Made by a program: the position numbers and the translations under genes. DNA of 63,542 nt, the filler included. It is 8 parts of 8 records of this genome, joined end to end, with 100 filler letters (N's around TTAATTAATTAA, not from the genome) between each part and the next. Parts side by side here need not be neighbours in the genome. Positions count along the whole stretch, not along the records: positions 12,246 to 18,462 come from SRR31147125_7725; positions 18,563 to 27,199 come from SRR31147125_7735; 6 more parts are not named here. The stretch is one strand, 5' to 3'. The notes beneath the pieces were generated by a model that was not told the DNA's origin, did no database searches, and worked only from the letters and a program-made list of their open reading frames with translations. Below, in pieces: positions 12,410 through 23,323 of the stretch (within the stretch, counting starts at the first letter, position 1; each line of letters begins with the position of its first letter).

Positions 12410-12558
12410 TTTACACTACCTCATTAGAAAACTGCATTAGTTCAAATAATCATAACCTTCTCTATACATAATTTTACCAGTTGAACAGGTTTTGTTGCAA
12501 GACTTTTCTCTAGAGATTGTACTATAGAAATTACTGGCTGTTAAGAAGGAGTCCTCTT

Positions 12559-12972
12559 TCATTCTGTGTCGCTGTCCTTCTCCAAAATATCTGCCTGCAG
12601 TTGGATATGTCCACATTTACTGCAGCAATATGCAGATATCTTTAATGAAGAATCTGTCCAGACTGAAAATCTTCCTTTTTCCGGCTTGAAGATTACTTCG
12701 CCAAGTGAGGATAACCTGCCTTTGATTATTTCTGTATTGCTACATACCGCACATTTTTGCGGAACTGGTTCACTTCTGTCATCTTTACCTGCAACACGCT
12801 CAATTGTCTTGTCTAGGTCTTCTTCCTTGAAGCGTGTGCTTTTACCAACTTTGTAATATGTTATCTTTCCATCACGCATCCAGCGGAACATTGTCTGTTC
12901 GCTTATTTCAAGGTAACTGCAGGCTTCGGCTATGCTGTACCATTTCTTTCTGCCATTTTCTGCTTCTGACAT
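12559..12972 (-). CDS. Excisionase/BldC-like HTH DNA-binding protein fused to a zinc-ribbon domain
   Basis: WYSIAEACSYLEISEQTMFRWMRDGKITYYKVGKSTRF (HTH_17-like); C-terminal CAVC...CSKC. Confidence 0.8.
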   Translation of the reverse strand: MSEAENGRKKWYSIAEACSYLEISEQTMFRWMRDGKITYYKVGKSTRFKEEDLDKTIERVAGKDDRSEPVPQKCAVCSNTEIIKGRLSSLGEVIFKPEKGRFSVWTDSSLKISAYCCSKCGHIQLQADILEKDSDTE

Positions 12973-13017
12973 ATATAACCTTTTTCATTCAAACATTTGA
13001 AAGATAGTAACTATATG

Positions 13018-13073
13018 GTATATTATAATAGTATATTGTAGTATATTATATTTGATATGATAATTATTCGCAA
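13018..13073 (-). promoter_or_regulatory. Sigma70 promoter of the HTH-Zn gene with overlapping direct repeats
   Basis: TTGCGA(13073-13068)-17-TATAAT(13050-13045); AATATAC repeats at 13018-24, 13031-37, 13041-47. Confidence 0.7.
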
Positions 13074-13291
13074 GCAGGAATTTTGATATGTACTCGGTAT
13101 TTCTTTAACTTTTAGTCTGATAATAGGGTTGTTTTCGAGTATTTTGTATAATTCATTAAAAATTAAACGGTAAAATTGAATTTATATATTGCTGAAAATC
13201 CTGAATACTGATAGAATTAATATCGTGTGTTAATATGTTTGTTATTAAGTAAATAATTGTTCATTTATATAATTAGAGAGTAGGTTGCTAT

Positions 13292-14281
13292 ATGTCTGAA
13301 GCGGGTATGAAATTCATGGGAGTCGGATCTCCCATTGTAGATATGCTTGTACAAATAGAAGATGATTTTATTGAGGGAGTTGCTGGTGAGAAAGGTGGCA
13401 TGGAACTGGTGGACTGTACTCAGATGAGTGAGATTCTTGCCAAGCTGGATTCTTCTGTGACAAAGGCCTGTGGCGGTTCAGCTGGTAATACGACCTTTGC
13501 TCTTGCCAGACTCGGAATAAATGCGAAGTTTCTCGGGCAGCTCGGCAGAGATGATGAGGGTAAATTTTATACAGATGAATTTGAAAAATTAGGTGGTGAT
13601 GTCTCCTCATTCAAATATATAGATGATGTCTATTCTGCAAGATGTCTCAGTATGATTACTCCTGACTCCCAGAGGACAATGCGTACCGATCTCGGTGCGG
13701 CTGCGCTACTCAATCCTGAGGCGATCTCTGTCGCAGATTTTCAGGGTATTGATTTTGTACATATTGAGGGGTATCTGCTCTTTAATCCTGCGCTTGCGCA
13801 GAAAGTGCTGCAATCAGCAAAAGAGGCAGGCTGCAGGGTCAGTCTTGATCTTGGTTCTTTTGAGGTTGTTGCTGCTGCAGGTGATACTCTTTCTGAACTT
13901 CTTGATAAATATGTTGATTATGTATTTGCTAATGAGGATGAGGCAAAAGCATATACAGGAAGCGATGATCCACAGGTGGCACTGAAGAGTCTGGCAGAGG
14001 TATGTGAGGTCGTTGTTGTCAAGCTTGGGGCTGATGGATTGTGGTTTTCTGAGAATAAACAGAAGCCTGTCTTTGTGGCATCCAATAAGGCGGATTCGGT
14101 GATTGATACTACAGGTGCTGGTGATTTCTGGGCTGCAGGATTTATTTGGGGGATACTTACTGGTAAATCTCTGGAAGATTCAGCCGGGGCTGGAGCGGTA
14201 CTGGGGTGTGAAGCTGTGCAGCAGCTTGGGGCAGAGCTTTCTGAGAGTACCTGGCAGAGGATTACTTCTGAATTAGTGTAG
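13292..14281 (+). CDS. PfkB-family carbohydrate/adenosine kinase
   Basis: GGSAGNT, VFANEDEA, IDTTGAGDFWAAGF. Confidence 0.9.
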   Translation: MSEAGMKFMGVGSPIVDMLVQIEDDFIEGVAGEKGGMELVDCTQMSEILAKLDSSVTKACGGSAGNTTFALARLGINAKFLGQLGRDDEGKFYTDEFEKLGGDVSSFKYIDDVYSARCLSMITPDSQRTMRTDLGAAALLNPEAISVADFQGIDFVHIEGYLLFNPALAQKVLQSAKEAGCRVSLDLGSFEVVAAAGDTLSELLDKYVDYVFANEDEAKAYTGSDDPQVALKSLAEVCEVVVVKLGADGLWFSENKQKPVFVASNKADSVIDTTGAGDFWAAGFIWGILTGKSLEDSAGAGAVLGCEAVQQLGAELSESTWQRITSELV

Positions 14282-14375
14282 TTGTGCAGTTTGAGAGTGA
14301 AGTTTTGGTTTGTGTGTAGCCGGTGAAGTTATTTTTTGTGATAACTTCTTATATTTCCAGGGGAATAACTTTGAA

Positions 14376-16397
14376 ATGAAACTTGAATTACTTGAGGAAT
14401 TCAGCTCAGTATTTTATGAGGCTATTTCAGAGATAGAAATTTTTATCCCGGATCTGGATGAGCAATATAATAAGCAGCAGGTTCAATCGCTTAAGAGAAG
14501 GTTTGTCTTTCTCAAAGAAGAAGCAGAAAAGTCAGGAATTGAGCTGCTTGCGAGAATGATGCATATATTTATTGATTTTTTGGATGATCCATCAGAAAAT
14601 TATCATTGTCTGACTATTGTAAAAGAAGTTATTATTGATTCATTCAAGCTTGCTTTGGAACTCCTCTGGATGGAAAATAAAGGTGAGGATATTCCTGATA
14701 ATTATGAAGAGATGGTCTTTGACAGTTTTGTTTCTTTATTCTCACGTTGCGCTCAACGGGAATGTGATTGTAGTAATAATGAAGTAAAAGCATGGGTGCT
14801 GGTTGCTGATGATGAAGAGTCAATCCGTACTTATGTTGAAGATGTTCTGTTTTCTTGCGGTTTTCTTGTCCTCTCGGCTCATAATGGCAGGCAGGCAATA
14901 TCTGCGGCTTCTACTGGAATTTTTAAAATTATATTTACAGATATTAATATGCCGTATAAGAGCGGCTATGACCTGTTATATTATATTCAGGAAAATAGTA
15001 TTGATGCTGATGTGATTGTTTTTACTGGCTTTGCCTCGGCTAAGTCTGTGTCAAAAGCTATTCACGGAGGAGCGTATGATTATATAGGTAAGCCGTTTAA
15101 TGGAGCGGATGATATCCTAAACGCTGCTGAAAGAGCATTGCAGCATTATCAGCTTGAGAATAAAAACAAAAAACTGATGGATAGTCTGCGGGATAAGAAT
15201 CTTAAGCTACAGCAGTATACTGAAGGGCTTGAAGAGGCGCTGCGAAGTCTTGATGAAAAAACACAGGCTCTGGTCAAAGCTGAAAGAATGGCTACTGTTG
15301 GTGTGCTGGTGGCTGGTCTGGCTCATGAGATCAATAATCCCAATACTTTTATTCGTGGTAATATTCAGACTCTCAAGAAATTTTGGCCTGTTATAGCTGA
15401 GAAGCTTGAAGGGCTGGGTGATGAAGATGTTAATACTCGCTTAAAATATATTATAGAGGAAATGCCCAGCCTGCTGGAGGGAATGTTTGCCGGTACAGAA
15501 AGAGTGTCAAATATTACCCGTGGGCTCAAAGCCTTTGCGCGTGTAGATGATCTTACAGATAAGATGGAAGACTGTGATGTCAGAGAGTTGCTTGATTCAG
15601 CTCTGACTATTCTGGAGAACAAGATTAACAGCAGCATTATTATAGAGAAAAATATTGAGCAGACTCCAAAAGTTTATGTGGCAAAACAGCAGATTGTGGA
15701 GTCGTTGGTTAATATTATTGATAATTCTCTGGATGCAATTGGGAATTTGAAAGTTCAGCTTATTACGCTCAGAGTTTTTGCGGGAAATGGCGGGGTCTCT
15801 ATAGAGATTACTGACAATGGTTATGGGATTAGAGATGATATCAAAGAAAAAATATTTGATCCATTCTTTACTACCAAGGCTGTGGATAAAGGGACTGGGC
15901 TTGGGCTTAGTATTGCTGAGGGAGTTATCTCTTCCCAGAGTGGGAGGGTTCAGCTTGTGAAATCTGATGCTGATGGTACGACGATGGAGGTCTTTCCTTC
16001 AAGACACTCTAACTCAGGAGATTTCCTGCCGACTGTGTTGATGCTGGCTCCTAATAACCCTGCTTTCAGAGCTTTTGAAGCAGGTATTAATGCTGCGGGA
16101 AATTATAACCTGCTCAATGGGATGGGGGAGTGTCGTGATATAGATGACCGTCTTAGTGAGGTTAATGCTGAATTAGTAATTATTGATGCTAAGTGGAGTG
16201 CTCATTCAGCAGAAGAATTTGATGAGATTATTGCAAGTATTAAGCAGAAAAATATCAAAGTTATCTGTGTTGTGGACAGTAGGTTTGATAAGCTTAATGA
16301 GCAGGATTATTATGACAATGGGGTTGATAAAGTTGTTGTTCTGCCATGTAGTCTGGGAGTACTTCTGGAGATGCTGGGAGAACTGATTGGGTTGTAG
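14376..16397 (+). CDS. Hybrid sensor histidine kinase (HPt-like + REC + HisKA + HATPase + degenerate REC)
   Basis: VLVADDE/TDINMP/YIGKP receiver; LAHEINNP; DNGYGI, FDPFFTTK, GTGLGL; no transmembrane segment; ATG 14376 preferred over TTG 14310. Confidence 0.85.
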   Translation: MKLELLEEFSSVFYEAISEIEIFIPDLDEQYNKQQVQSLKRRFVFLKEEAEKSGIELLARMMHIFIDFLDDPSENYHCLTIVKEVIIDSFKLALELLWMENKGEDIPDNYEEMVFDSFVSLFSRCAQRECDCSNNEVKAWVLVADDEESIRTYVEDVLFSCGFLVLSAHNGRQAISAASTGIFKIIFTDINMPYKSGYDLLYYIQENSIDADVIVFTGFASAKSVSKAIHGGAYDYIGKPFNGADDILNAAERALQHYQLENKNKKLMDSLRDKNLKLQQYTEGLEEALRSLDEKTQALVKAERMATVGVLVAGLAHEINNPNTFIRGNIQTLKKFWPVIAEKLEGLGDEDVNTRLKYIIEEMPSLLEGMFAGTERVSNITRGLKAFARVDDLTDKMEDCDVRELLDSALTILENKINSSIIIEKNIEQTPKVYVAKQQIVESLVNIIDNSLDAIGNLKVQLITLRVFAGNGGVSIEITDNGYGIRDDIKEKIFDPFFTTKAVDKGTGLGLSIAEGVISSQSGRVQLVKSDADGTTMEVFPSRHSNSGDFLPTVLMLAPNNPAFRAFEAGINAAGNYNLLNGMGECRDIDDRLSEVNAELVIIDAKWSAHSAEEFDEIIASIKQKNIKVICVVDSRFDKLNEQDYYDNGVDKVVVLPCSLGVLLEMLGELIGL

Positions 16398-16562
16398 GTT
16401 TATGTAGGTATAGCATAAGACATGAAGCATGGATAGGAATAACTCAATATTTACCTGAGTTTTGCCATGAAACATGTGGTATTTAGAATAGAGTGTTTCT
16501 CAGTTCAGGTTAATTTTGATTTAATTATGTGTCGGGTGTTGTTGATATAGAGGAGGTGCAAG

Positions 16563-17015
16563 ATGCAAGATCAGGATAGCAAATTTGATCCGTCGCAGAT
16601 AAAAATATTGATTGTTGATGATGAGGTTGATATCACCAATACTCTAAAAAGGTATTTTGTCTTTGAAGGATATGATATTGATGTTACTAATGATCCGTAT
16701 TCTGCTCTGAAAATGATACATAATAATAACTATCTGTTGGTTATTTCTGATATCTCAATGCCTGGTATGAGTGGTATTGAACTGTTGCGAAAAATAAAAG
16801 AATATAATGGGATGATACAGGTTATTATGATTACCGGTTATGTGACACTTGATAATATTCTCAATTGCCTGCGACTGGGTGCAGATGAGTGCTTCCTCAA
16901 GCCTCTGCGTGATCTGGATGATTTGAAAAAAGCTGTTGATGATTCTATTGTCAAGCTCAATCGTTGGAGAAGGTTGATGTCGAATATTGCCCATAATAAG
17001 TCAGGTATGATGTAA
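16563..17015 (+). CDS. Single-domain response regulator
   Basis: ILIVDDE, ISDISMPGMSG, MITG, FLKP. Confidence 0.9.
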   Translation: MQDQDSKFDPSQIKILIVDDEVDITNTLKRYFVFEGYDIDVTNDPYSALKMIHNNNYLLVISDISMPGMSGIELLRKIKEYNGMIQVIMITGYVTLDNILNCLRLGADECFLKPLRDLDDLKKAVDDSIVKLNRWRRLMSNIAHNKSGMM

Positions 17016-17017
17016 TT

Positions 17018-18462
17018 ATGAATGAAGAAATAGAGTTGGATAGTGATTTATTTTTTGAGTTTATTGCAGAAAGCAGCGATGCTTTAGGCTCTCTTGATGA
17101 ACTTTTTGTTCAGATTGAAAACAACCCTGATGACTTGGGCGTTGTGGATCAGATATTCAGGCCTGTTCATTCTATAAAGGGAAATTCCTCGTTTTTTGGC
17201 ATGATAAATGTCAAGAATTTTTCACACTCATTTGAAAGTCTATTGCAGGAAATACGCTCTGGAAAACGAAGTGTTACACCTGAAATGATTGATGTGTTTC
17301 TTGCAGGAGGTGATTGCCTTAAGGATATGATAGGCAGGGCGAGCCCTAATGAAAAATGCTCTGAAATGACTGAGCATGAGAAGCAGGTGCTGGAGAAGAT
17401 TGAAGAGCAGATTAATGATAAATCTGATGATCCGGCAGTCAAGCTTATTATGGCAAAAAAGCAGCTTGGTGACCTTATTTCTGATAACCCAAGTGTGGGC
17501 TTGAAAAATAAATTAGAGGATATTGATAAACTGCTGGCTGAAGTAGTAAACTACTATGCTGCTGATTCTGTAAATGTTGCTGGTACTGAGTATTATCTCT
17601 CAGATGAGAATATCACTCCCTACATAACGGTTATATCTGATTTTGTTGATAATGTTATTGAGCTCTCTCTGAACCCGGAAGAGTCTAAGAAGTTTTTGAG
17701 TACACTTTCAGAATTGATACGTCTGGCAATAAAACTAAATTCCTCATCAATACTTGCCAATCTTGAGACGTTGAAAAATGATTATCTTACCATTTCTGAG
17801 GCTGGTATAGGATTTGATGAGGTTATGAGTTCGCTTCTTGAAGAGCATTATGAAGACATGATGAAATCTGTTACACTCAGGCAGGGGGCATCTTCTGAAG
17901 AAGAGGCAGCTAAGGAAGAAGTTACTGAAATACCAGAAGAAGAAAAGCAGGATAGTGCTACTGCTGAGCCTGAAAGTACTGCAGCAAATGAGCTTCCTAA
18001 AGTACAGCCTGTAGCTGCTGAGAAACCAAAAGATGGAGGTGGTGGTAAATCAATCAGAGTCGAAGAGGAAAAAGTTGATAATTTTATGTCGTTTGTTGGA
18101 GAGCTGATTATTTCCAGTGAAGTATTTGCATACCTGCAGCAGAAACTGGAAGCATATCCTGACGTGCGTGATATCTCTCAAGAATTTAAAAATGCTAATA
18201 TTGCATTTAATGAATTATCTAATAACTTGCAGAAGAGTCTTATGTCTGTTAGGCGGCTGCCTTTGAAGAATATTTTGCAGCGTCTGCCGCGTATTATCAG
18301 GGAAGTCGCCAGTAGTACTGGTAAAAAGGTTAAGCTTGATATTGTCGGGGAAGATACCAGTATTGATAAATCGCTTATTGAAGGACTGGAAGATCCACTA
18401 GTTCATATGGTGAGAAATTCTGTTGATCATGGGGTTGAGACAACTGAAGCTAGAGAATTGGC
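17018..18462 (+). CDS. cheA: Chemotaxis histidine kinase CheA (3'-truncated)
   Basis: P1 FRPVHSIKG, dimerisation SIRVEEEKVDNFMSFVGEL, DPLVHMVRNSVDHGVE. Confidence 0.93.
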
Positions 18463-18562
18463 NNNNNNNNNNNNNNNNNNNNNNNNNNNNNNNNNNNNNN
18501 NNNNNNTTAATTAATTAANNNNNNNNNNNNNNNNNNNNNNNNNNNNNNNNNNNNNNNNNNNN
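18463..18562. other. Artificial contig spacer
   Basis: N44-TTAATTAATTAA-N44. Confidence 0.99.
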
Positions 18563-18563
18563 A

Positions 18564-19082
18564 GCGGTAGTAAGAATCAAGAAAAGTCATATGTTGACAA
18601 TAAAGAAAGTTAAAAAAGATACCAATAATAAAAAACATACTATGGATTGGGTCGATGGCAATTATGAGGTTAAATCATTTGAGACGATGTTCTATATGGA
18701 TGGTGTTAATCAACCGCTAAGATATATAAAGTTTGCTAAGCAGCATAGAAATGGTGACAGGTCACAAGTTTTAATAGTTACAACTGCAGTGAATATGAAA
18801 GTTAAAACAATATATAAGATTATGAAAGCTAGGCGGCACATTAAAAACCGCATTTTTAATAATCTTAAAACATATGCTAATCTGAATCATTGTTTTGCTC
18901 ATGGAGGAAATGCTGTTGAAGCAATATTATATCTTATGTTCATAGCATCAAATCTATTTCGTTTGTTTATGAAGCGACGATTGAAAAATTATATCGATTC
19001 ACAGATTGAGTTGGTCAGATTATTAAATAGAGGATTGTATCAACTGGGCAGAAACGAGATATCCATACTAAACTCAACTTAG
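18564..19082 (+). mobile_element. C-terminal part of a DDE (IS4-superfamily-like) transposase, probably inactive
   Basis: KARRHIKNRIFNNLK resembles the RWxIENxxFxxLK motif; LNHCFAH and IASNLF follow. Confidence 0.7.
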
Positions 19083-19244
19083 TAAATAAAAAACTGAACA
19101 GGTAAAATTCAACACCTTTCTGAGCGAGGGTTTGGGGGAATTATATTCGTTTTGAGATATTCTCAAGAAATTGTACCGCTTAATGGCAAAAATATGGTAA
19201 AATACTAAGAGTTGCTGAGTAAAAGCGAGATTCCTCTACAAATG

Positions 19245-21041
19245 CTAGTTTGCGTTACCGTGTTCTTTTTGCCTTAGAGGTAATTGTAGAATAACTGTAG
19301 TACCAGTATCAACCTCGCTTTCAATCTGCACACCATATGAATCACCATAATGAGCTCGAATTCTCTCGTGAATATTCCTTAATCCGATATGGTCTCCGCT
19401 AACAGTATATTGATTGTCATGTAAGTCACTGTTTATTGCATTGAGTTTTTCTTTATTAACACCTATACCATTATCTGTAACTTGAATAGACAGAATATTA
19501 TTATTCACCTTAGCTGCTACAGTAATATTGCCTTTACCAGGCTTAGGTTCCAACCCATGCTTTATGGAATTTTCCACCAATGGCTGAAGTAGAAGTTTAG
19601 GAATTTCATGACTAAGCCATTTGTTATTTATATTAAATGAATAGCTGATTTTGTCTTGAAATCTATACTTTACAACTTCAAGATAATTTTTCGTTAGATC
19701 TAATTCTTTACCCAATGTTGTTATTTCGCCTTCCCAATTCAAACTACTTCTTAGCATTTTAGACAAGTTTAGTACTACATCAGATATTTGCTTATCACCT
19801 TTACTGTGTAGTCCCATTCTTATTGATTCTAAAGTATTGAATAAGAAATGAGGCTTTATTTGACTTTGGAGGGCATAGAGTTCTGCATCTTTCTTTTTTA
19901 ATTCCATTTCTTTAAGCTTAAGATTGGCAATATAATTATTGTTGATTTGTTTTTCTAAGCGAATAATTAATGAATTAAACTTCTTAATAAGGAAGCCCAC
20001 CTCATCATTTGAGTCATTATTATCTATGGTTTTAAATTCACCAACTTTAACATTTTCCATAGTGTTGACTAGCATTCTTAACTTTTTTGTAGTCTGTTTT
20101 AACAATAAAAGGATTAAAATACTTGATACACAAATTGTAGCAATAACGATGAGTGTACTTTGTTTGCGAATTTTGTTGGCATCAACCAACAAATTGTCTG
20201 TTGGTACCATAGTTATTACATACCAGCTAGGAAGATGATTACTTACCTTAATTGTTTCGTAAACGACTTTATATGATTTGCTGTTAGTGTAATCTAATAT
20301 ACCTTTATCCTTATTTCTGGCCTGTATAAAATAACTTTCTGTATCTACGTTGTCTCCTATTATTTCTCTATTACTGGAGGAAATAACAGTACCGTTATCA
20401 TCGATAAGCATAACTATACCATCTTGCTGAACACTTTCTTGATATAGTGAATAAACATTTGACTCATTAATTTGAATAGATACTACACCATAAATTAAGT
20501 TATTGCTAAGATTTTTCATTGCTCTAGCCATCGTTATATACTTATCATTTGATTCCCATACCATCGATGTTCCTGCATTAATTGCCTTTGTATATATAGT
20601 TTTTTCTTTTACCTCATCATCTGCATAGATGAAAATATCATATCCTGGCAGCATTGTTTCATTATTAGTAAATATATTTAATGATGCTCCTGAGTATTTT
20701 TGACTAAAATTGTAGTATGAAATTGGCTTTAAATATAACTGATATGCTTCTATACTTTCCAAATTACTTTCGTAGACCCTGTTTGGATTAAGATATGCCC
20801 TTAAAGTTTCGTCAAAGCAAAATCTGTCACATATATCTGCATAGTTACTAAGCAAATCTATTATATTCCAAGAAATTTGATTTGCTATTTGCGTCTGATT
20901 TGCTACTGTTTTATTAACTATTTGCTCATTTGATTTTTTTACAACGAATTGGCTAATTAATAATGTTGGTATTATTATAAAGATTATATAGATTATTATT
21001 AATTTTATTCGAAGCTTTAAATTTTTAATTAATGATTTCAT
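19245..21041 (-). CDS. YesM-type sensor histidine kinase (TM-Cache-HAMP-His_kinase)
   Basis: ALQSQIKPHFLFNTLESI, LLQPLVENSIKHG, DNGIG, IGLRNI. Confidence 0.92.
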   Translation of the reverse strand: MKSLIKNLKLRIKLIIIYIIFIIIPTLLISQFVVKKSNEQIVNKTVANQTQIANQISWNIIDLLSNYADICDRFCFDETLRAYLNPNRVYESNLESIEAYQLYLKPISYYNFSQKYSGASLNIFTNNETMLPGYDIFIYADDEVKEKTIYTKAINAGTSMVWESNDKYITMARAMKNLSNNLIYGVVSIQINESNVYSLYQESVQQDGIVMLIDDNGTVISSSNREIIGDNVDTESYFIQARNKDKGILDYTNSKSYKVVYETIKVSNHLPSWYVITMVPTDNLLVDANKIRKQSTLIVIATICVSSILILLLLKQTTKKLRMLVNTMENVKVGEFKTIDNNDSNDEVGFLIKKFNSLIIRLEKQINNNYIANLKLKEMELKKKDAELYALQSQIKPHFLFNTLESIRMGLHSKGDKQISDVVLNLSKMLRSSLNWEGEITTLGKELDLTKNYLEVVKYRFQDKISYSFNINNKWLSHEIPKLLLQPLVENSIKHGLEPKPGKGNITVAAKVNNNILSIQVTDNGIGVNKEKLNAINSDLHDNQYTVSGDHIGLRNIHERIRAHYGDSYGVQIESEVDTGTTVILQLPLRQKEHGNAN

Positions 21042-21065
21042 AAAAACTCATCTCATATTCTATCC

Positions 21066-22141
21066 TTACTCAGTTCTATAGTCGCCTGGGTTGCAATTAC
21101 ATATTTTTTGAAAGTTTCTGTAAAAATGATCTGTGTATTTGTACCCAACATTTATTGCTATTTCATTCATGGATAAATCAGTGTTTTTTAATAGAACAAT
21201 GGATTTGTTAATTCTTTGCAAGTTTACGTAATCATTAAAGTAGTATCCGATATTTTTTAAATAGTTGACCTAAATAAACAGGATTCTGATAAAAAATGCC
21301 ACCTAGTTTTTTTAGGCTTAATTTCTCGCTTAAATTATTTTTAATATACTTAGTTACTTCTTCCATACTGAAATTGGAGTTTTTGTCTTTATTTATTATG
21401 TATTCTGTAAGGTTTTCACTAATTTTTTTAAACAACACACCATCCCTTGGTCTGAAATGCTTTGCATATTATTTATATTTTTTTCAAAACCACTAAACTT
21501 ATCATTATATAATGCAATCCAATCGCCATTATTCTTGGTTACAATCCGACCTATTTGTATCATAATGAGAACTAATAAGTCCTTAACAACAGCTAAGGAT
21601 ACATTATTGCTTTTACAATAATTAAAGAAAATATCTATTTCCTCTAATGCGAGAAACTTATCTCCGTTTGATAAAGCATCAAGGATGCCTTCAGTTTTTT
21701 GTTCCAACGACCATATATCTTTAATATAATGATGTTGAGATAGGAATGCAATGGCTTGCTGTCTTTTTTCAGCAATGTGCCTTCGAATTCTATTTAGGCT
21801 CTCTATTAACTCGTCAGTATCAATAGGTTTAAGCAAATAATTTTTCACATCGTAATTTATGGCCTCTTTGGCATATAGAAAATCATCATACCCACTTAAT
21901 ATGATTATTTGGGTATCAGCATTAATTTCTTTATTTTCTGTGCAAGCTGTAATCCGCTTATCACGGGCATCTTAATGTCTGTAACAACTAAGTCGGGTGA
22001 ACATGTTTTATATAGTTCTAATGCAGATTGTCCATCTTCTGCTTCACCAACTATTGTAAAATCGTAAAATTCCCAGTCTATAATAGTCCTTAAACCAGTG
22101 CGAATATTCGGTTCATCGTCAACTATAATTGCACTATTCAA
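21066..22141 (-). CDS. YesN-type response regulator (REC + AraC HTH), split by three 1-A losses
   Basis: IVDDEPNIR, TDIKMP, ILSGYDDF, YLLKP; AraC part YLGQLFKK..LQRINKSIVLLKNTDLSMNEIAINVGY; shifts at ~21930, ~21425, ~21255. Confidence 0.88.
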
Positions 22142-22369
22142 AAAATCACCTCAATTATACAAAAAAACAGTCCTAATCTGTTAGGATAGAAACATTGTAG
22201 CATATACAAATACTCTTTTTCAACATGTAACAGGCCATATGCTGATTCTCTATAGTTTTTCAAATACTTTCATTTAATTTATGGAATGAAATATTGTGTA
22301 TCATTGAATATACTGAAAAGCATACAGAAGATAGAAGGGGTAGCATTGTTGTGCTAAGAGTATTTTTAC

Positions 22370-23323
22370 ATGAATTTAATAAGAAGAAAAATTAATAAAG
22401 GTAATAATAGATTATTATCTAAGAATGCAAAATATAGTAAAGGCATTTGGATACTATTATTAATGACTATTCCATTTTTTTTATTAGAAGTAGTATTTAA
22501 ATATGTTCCTCTCTTAGGATGGTCATTAGCCTTTTTTGATTATTTTCCCGGTTCAAGCTTGTTAGATCAAGATTTTGTAGGGCTAAAACATTTTATAAGA
22601 ATGATTAATGATGCTCAATTTATCAGGGCTGTCAGAAATACTTTAGTACTAGGTTTAATTGGGCTACTATTAACGCCAGCTCCCATGTTGTTGGCTATTT
22701 CAATGAATGAGGTAAGAGTCAAATTTTTGAAGAAGACAATACAGATCACTACTTCATTTCCTAACTTTGTTTCATGGATTATCGTCTATATTATGTTCTT
22801 TTCACTTTTTTCAGTAGAAGATGGTTTAATCAATAAAATATTACTACAGCTAAATATTATTAAAGAACCAACGAACATTTTGGCTAATGGAGATATAGCT
22901 TGGTTTTTTCAAGCGGGTGTAGGATTGTGGAAGAACTTAGGTTGGAGCGCTATAATATATTTAGCAGCAATATCAGGAATCGATCCGGCGTTATATGAGG
23001 CTGCCAGTGTAGATGGTGCTAGCAGGTTGAGGAAGATTTGGCATATAACAATCCCTGGATTAATACCTACATATACGGTGCTTTTGCTCCTAAATATTGG
23101 CATGATACTTAACGCTGGGTTTGATCAATATTATGTTTTTATGAATCCAATGACAAAAAGCACACTAGATATTATTGATACGTATGTATATTCTACAGGT
23201 ATTCAGTCGTTGAATTTTTCTTATGCTACAGTTATTGGTATGTTTCGCTCTATAGTGAGCGTTATCCTCCTGTTTACAGCGAACAAAATCGCTAAAATGT
23301 TAAGCGGAAGAACGATTTTATAG
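22370..23323 (+). CDS. Carbohydrate ABC transporter permease (LplB-like)
   Basis: GWSAIIYLAAISGIDPALYEAASVDGA EAA motif. Confidence 0.92.
   Translation: MNLIRRKINKGNNRLLSKNAKYSKGIWILLLMTIPFFLLEVVFKYVPLLGWSLAFFDYFPGSSLLDQDFVGLKHFIRMINDAQFIRAVRNTLVLGLIGLLLTPAPMLLAISMNEVRVKFLKKTIQITTSFPNFVSWIIVYIMFFSLFSVEDGLINKILLQLNIIKEPTNILANGDIAWFFQAGVGLWKNLGWSAIIYLAAISGIDPALYEAASVDGASRLRKIWHITIPGLIPTYTVLLLLNIGMILNAGFDQYYVFMNPMTKSTLDIIDTYVYSTGIQSLNFSYATVIGMFRSIVSVILLFTANKIAKMLSGRTIL

Noticed and set aside
12559..12972. Prophage or ICE excisionase
   Set aside because: No integrase, att site or phage genes on the contig; better read as a stand-alone regulator
14340..14363. DNFLYFQG resembling a TEV protease site (engineered sequence)
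   Set aside because: Imperfect match, upstream of the likely start codon, and no tags or vector sequence nearby
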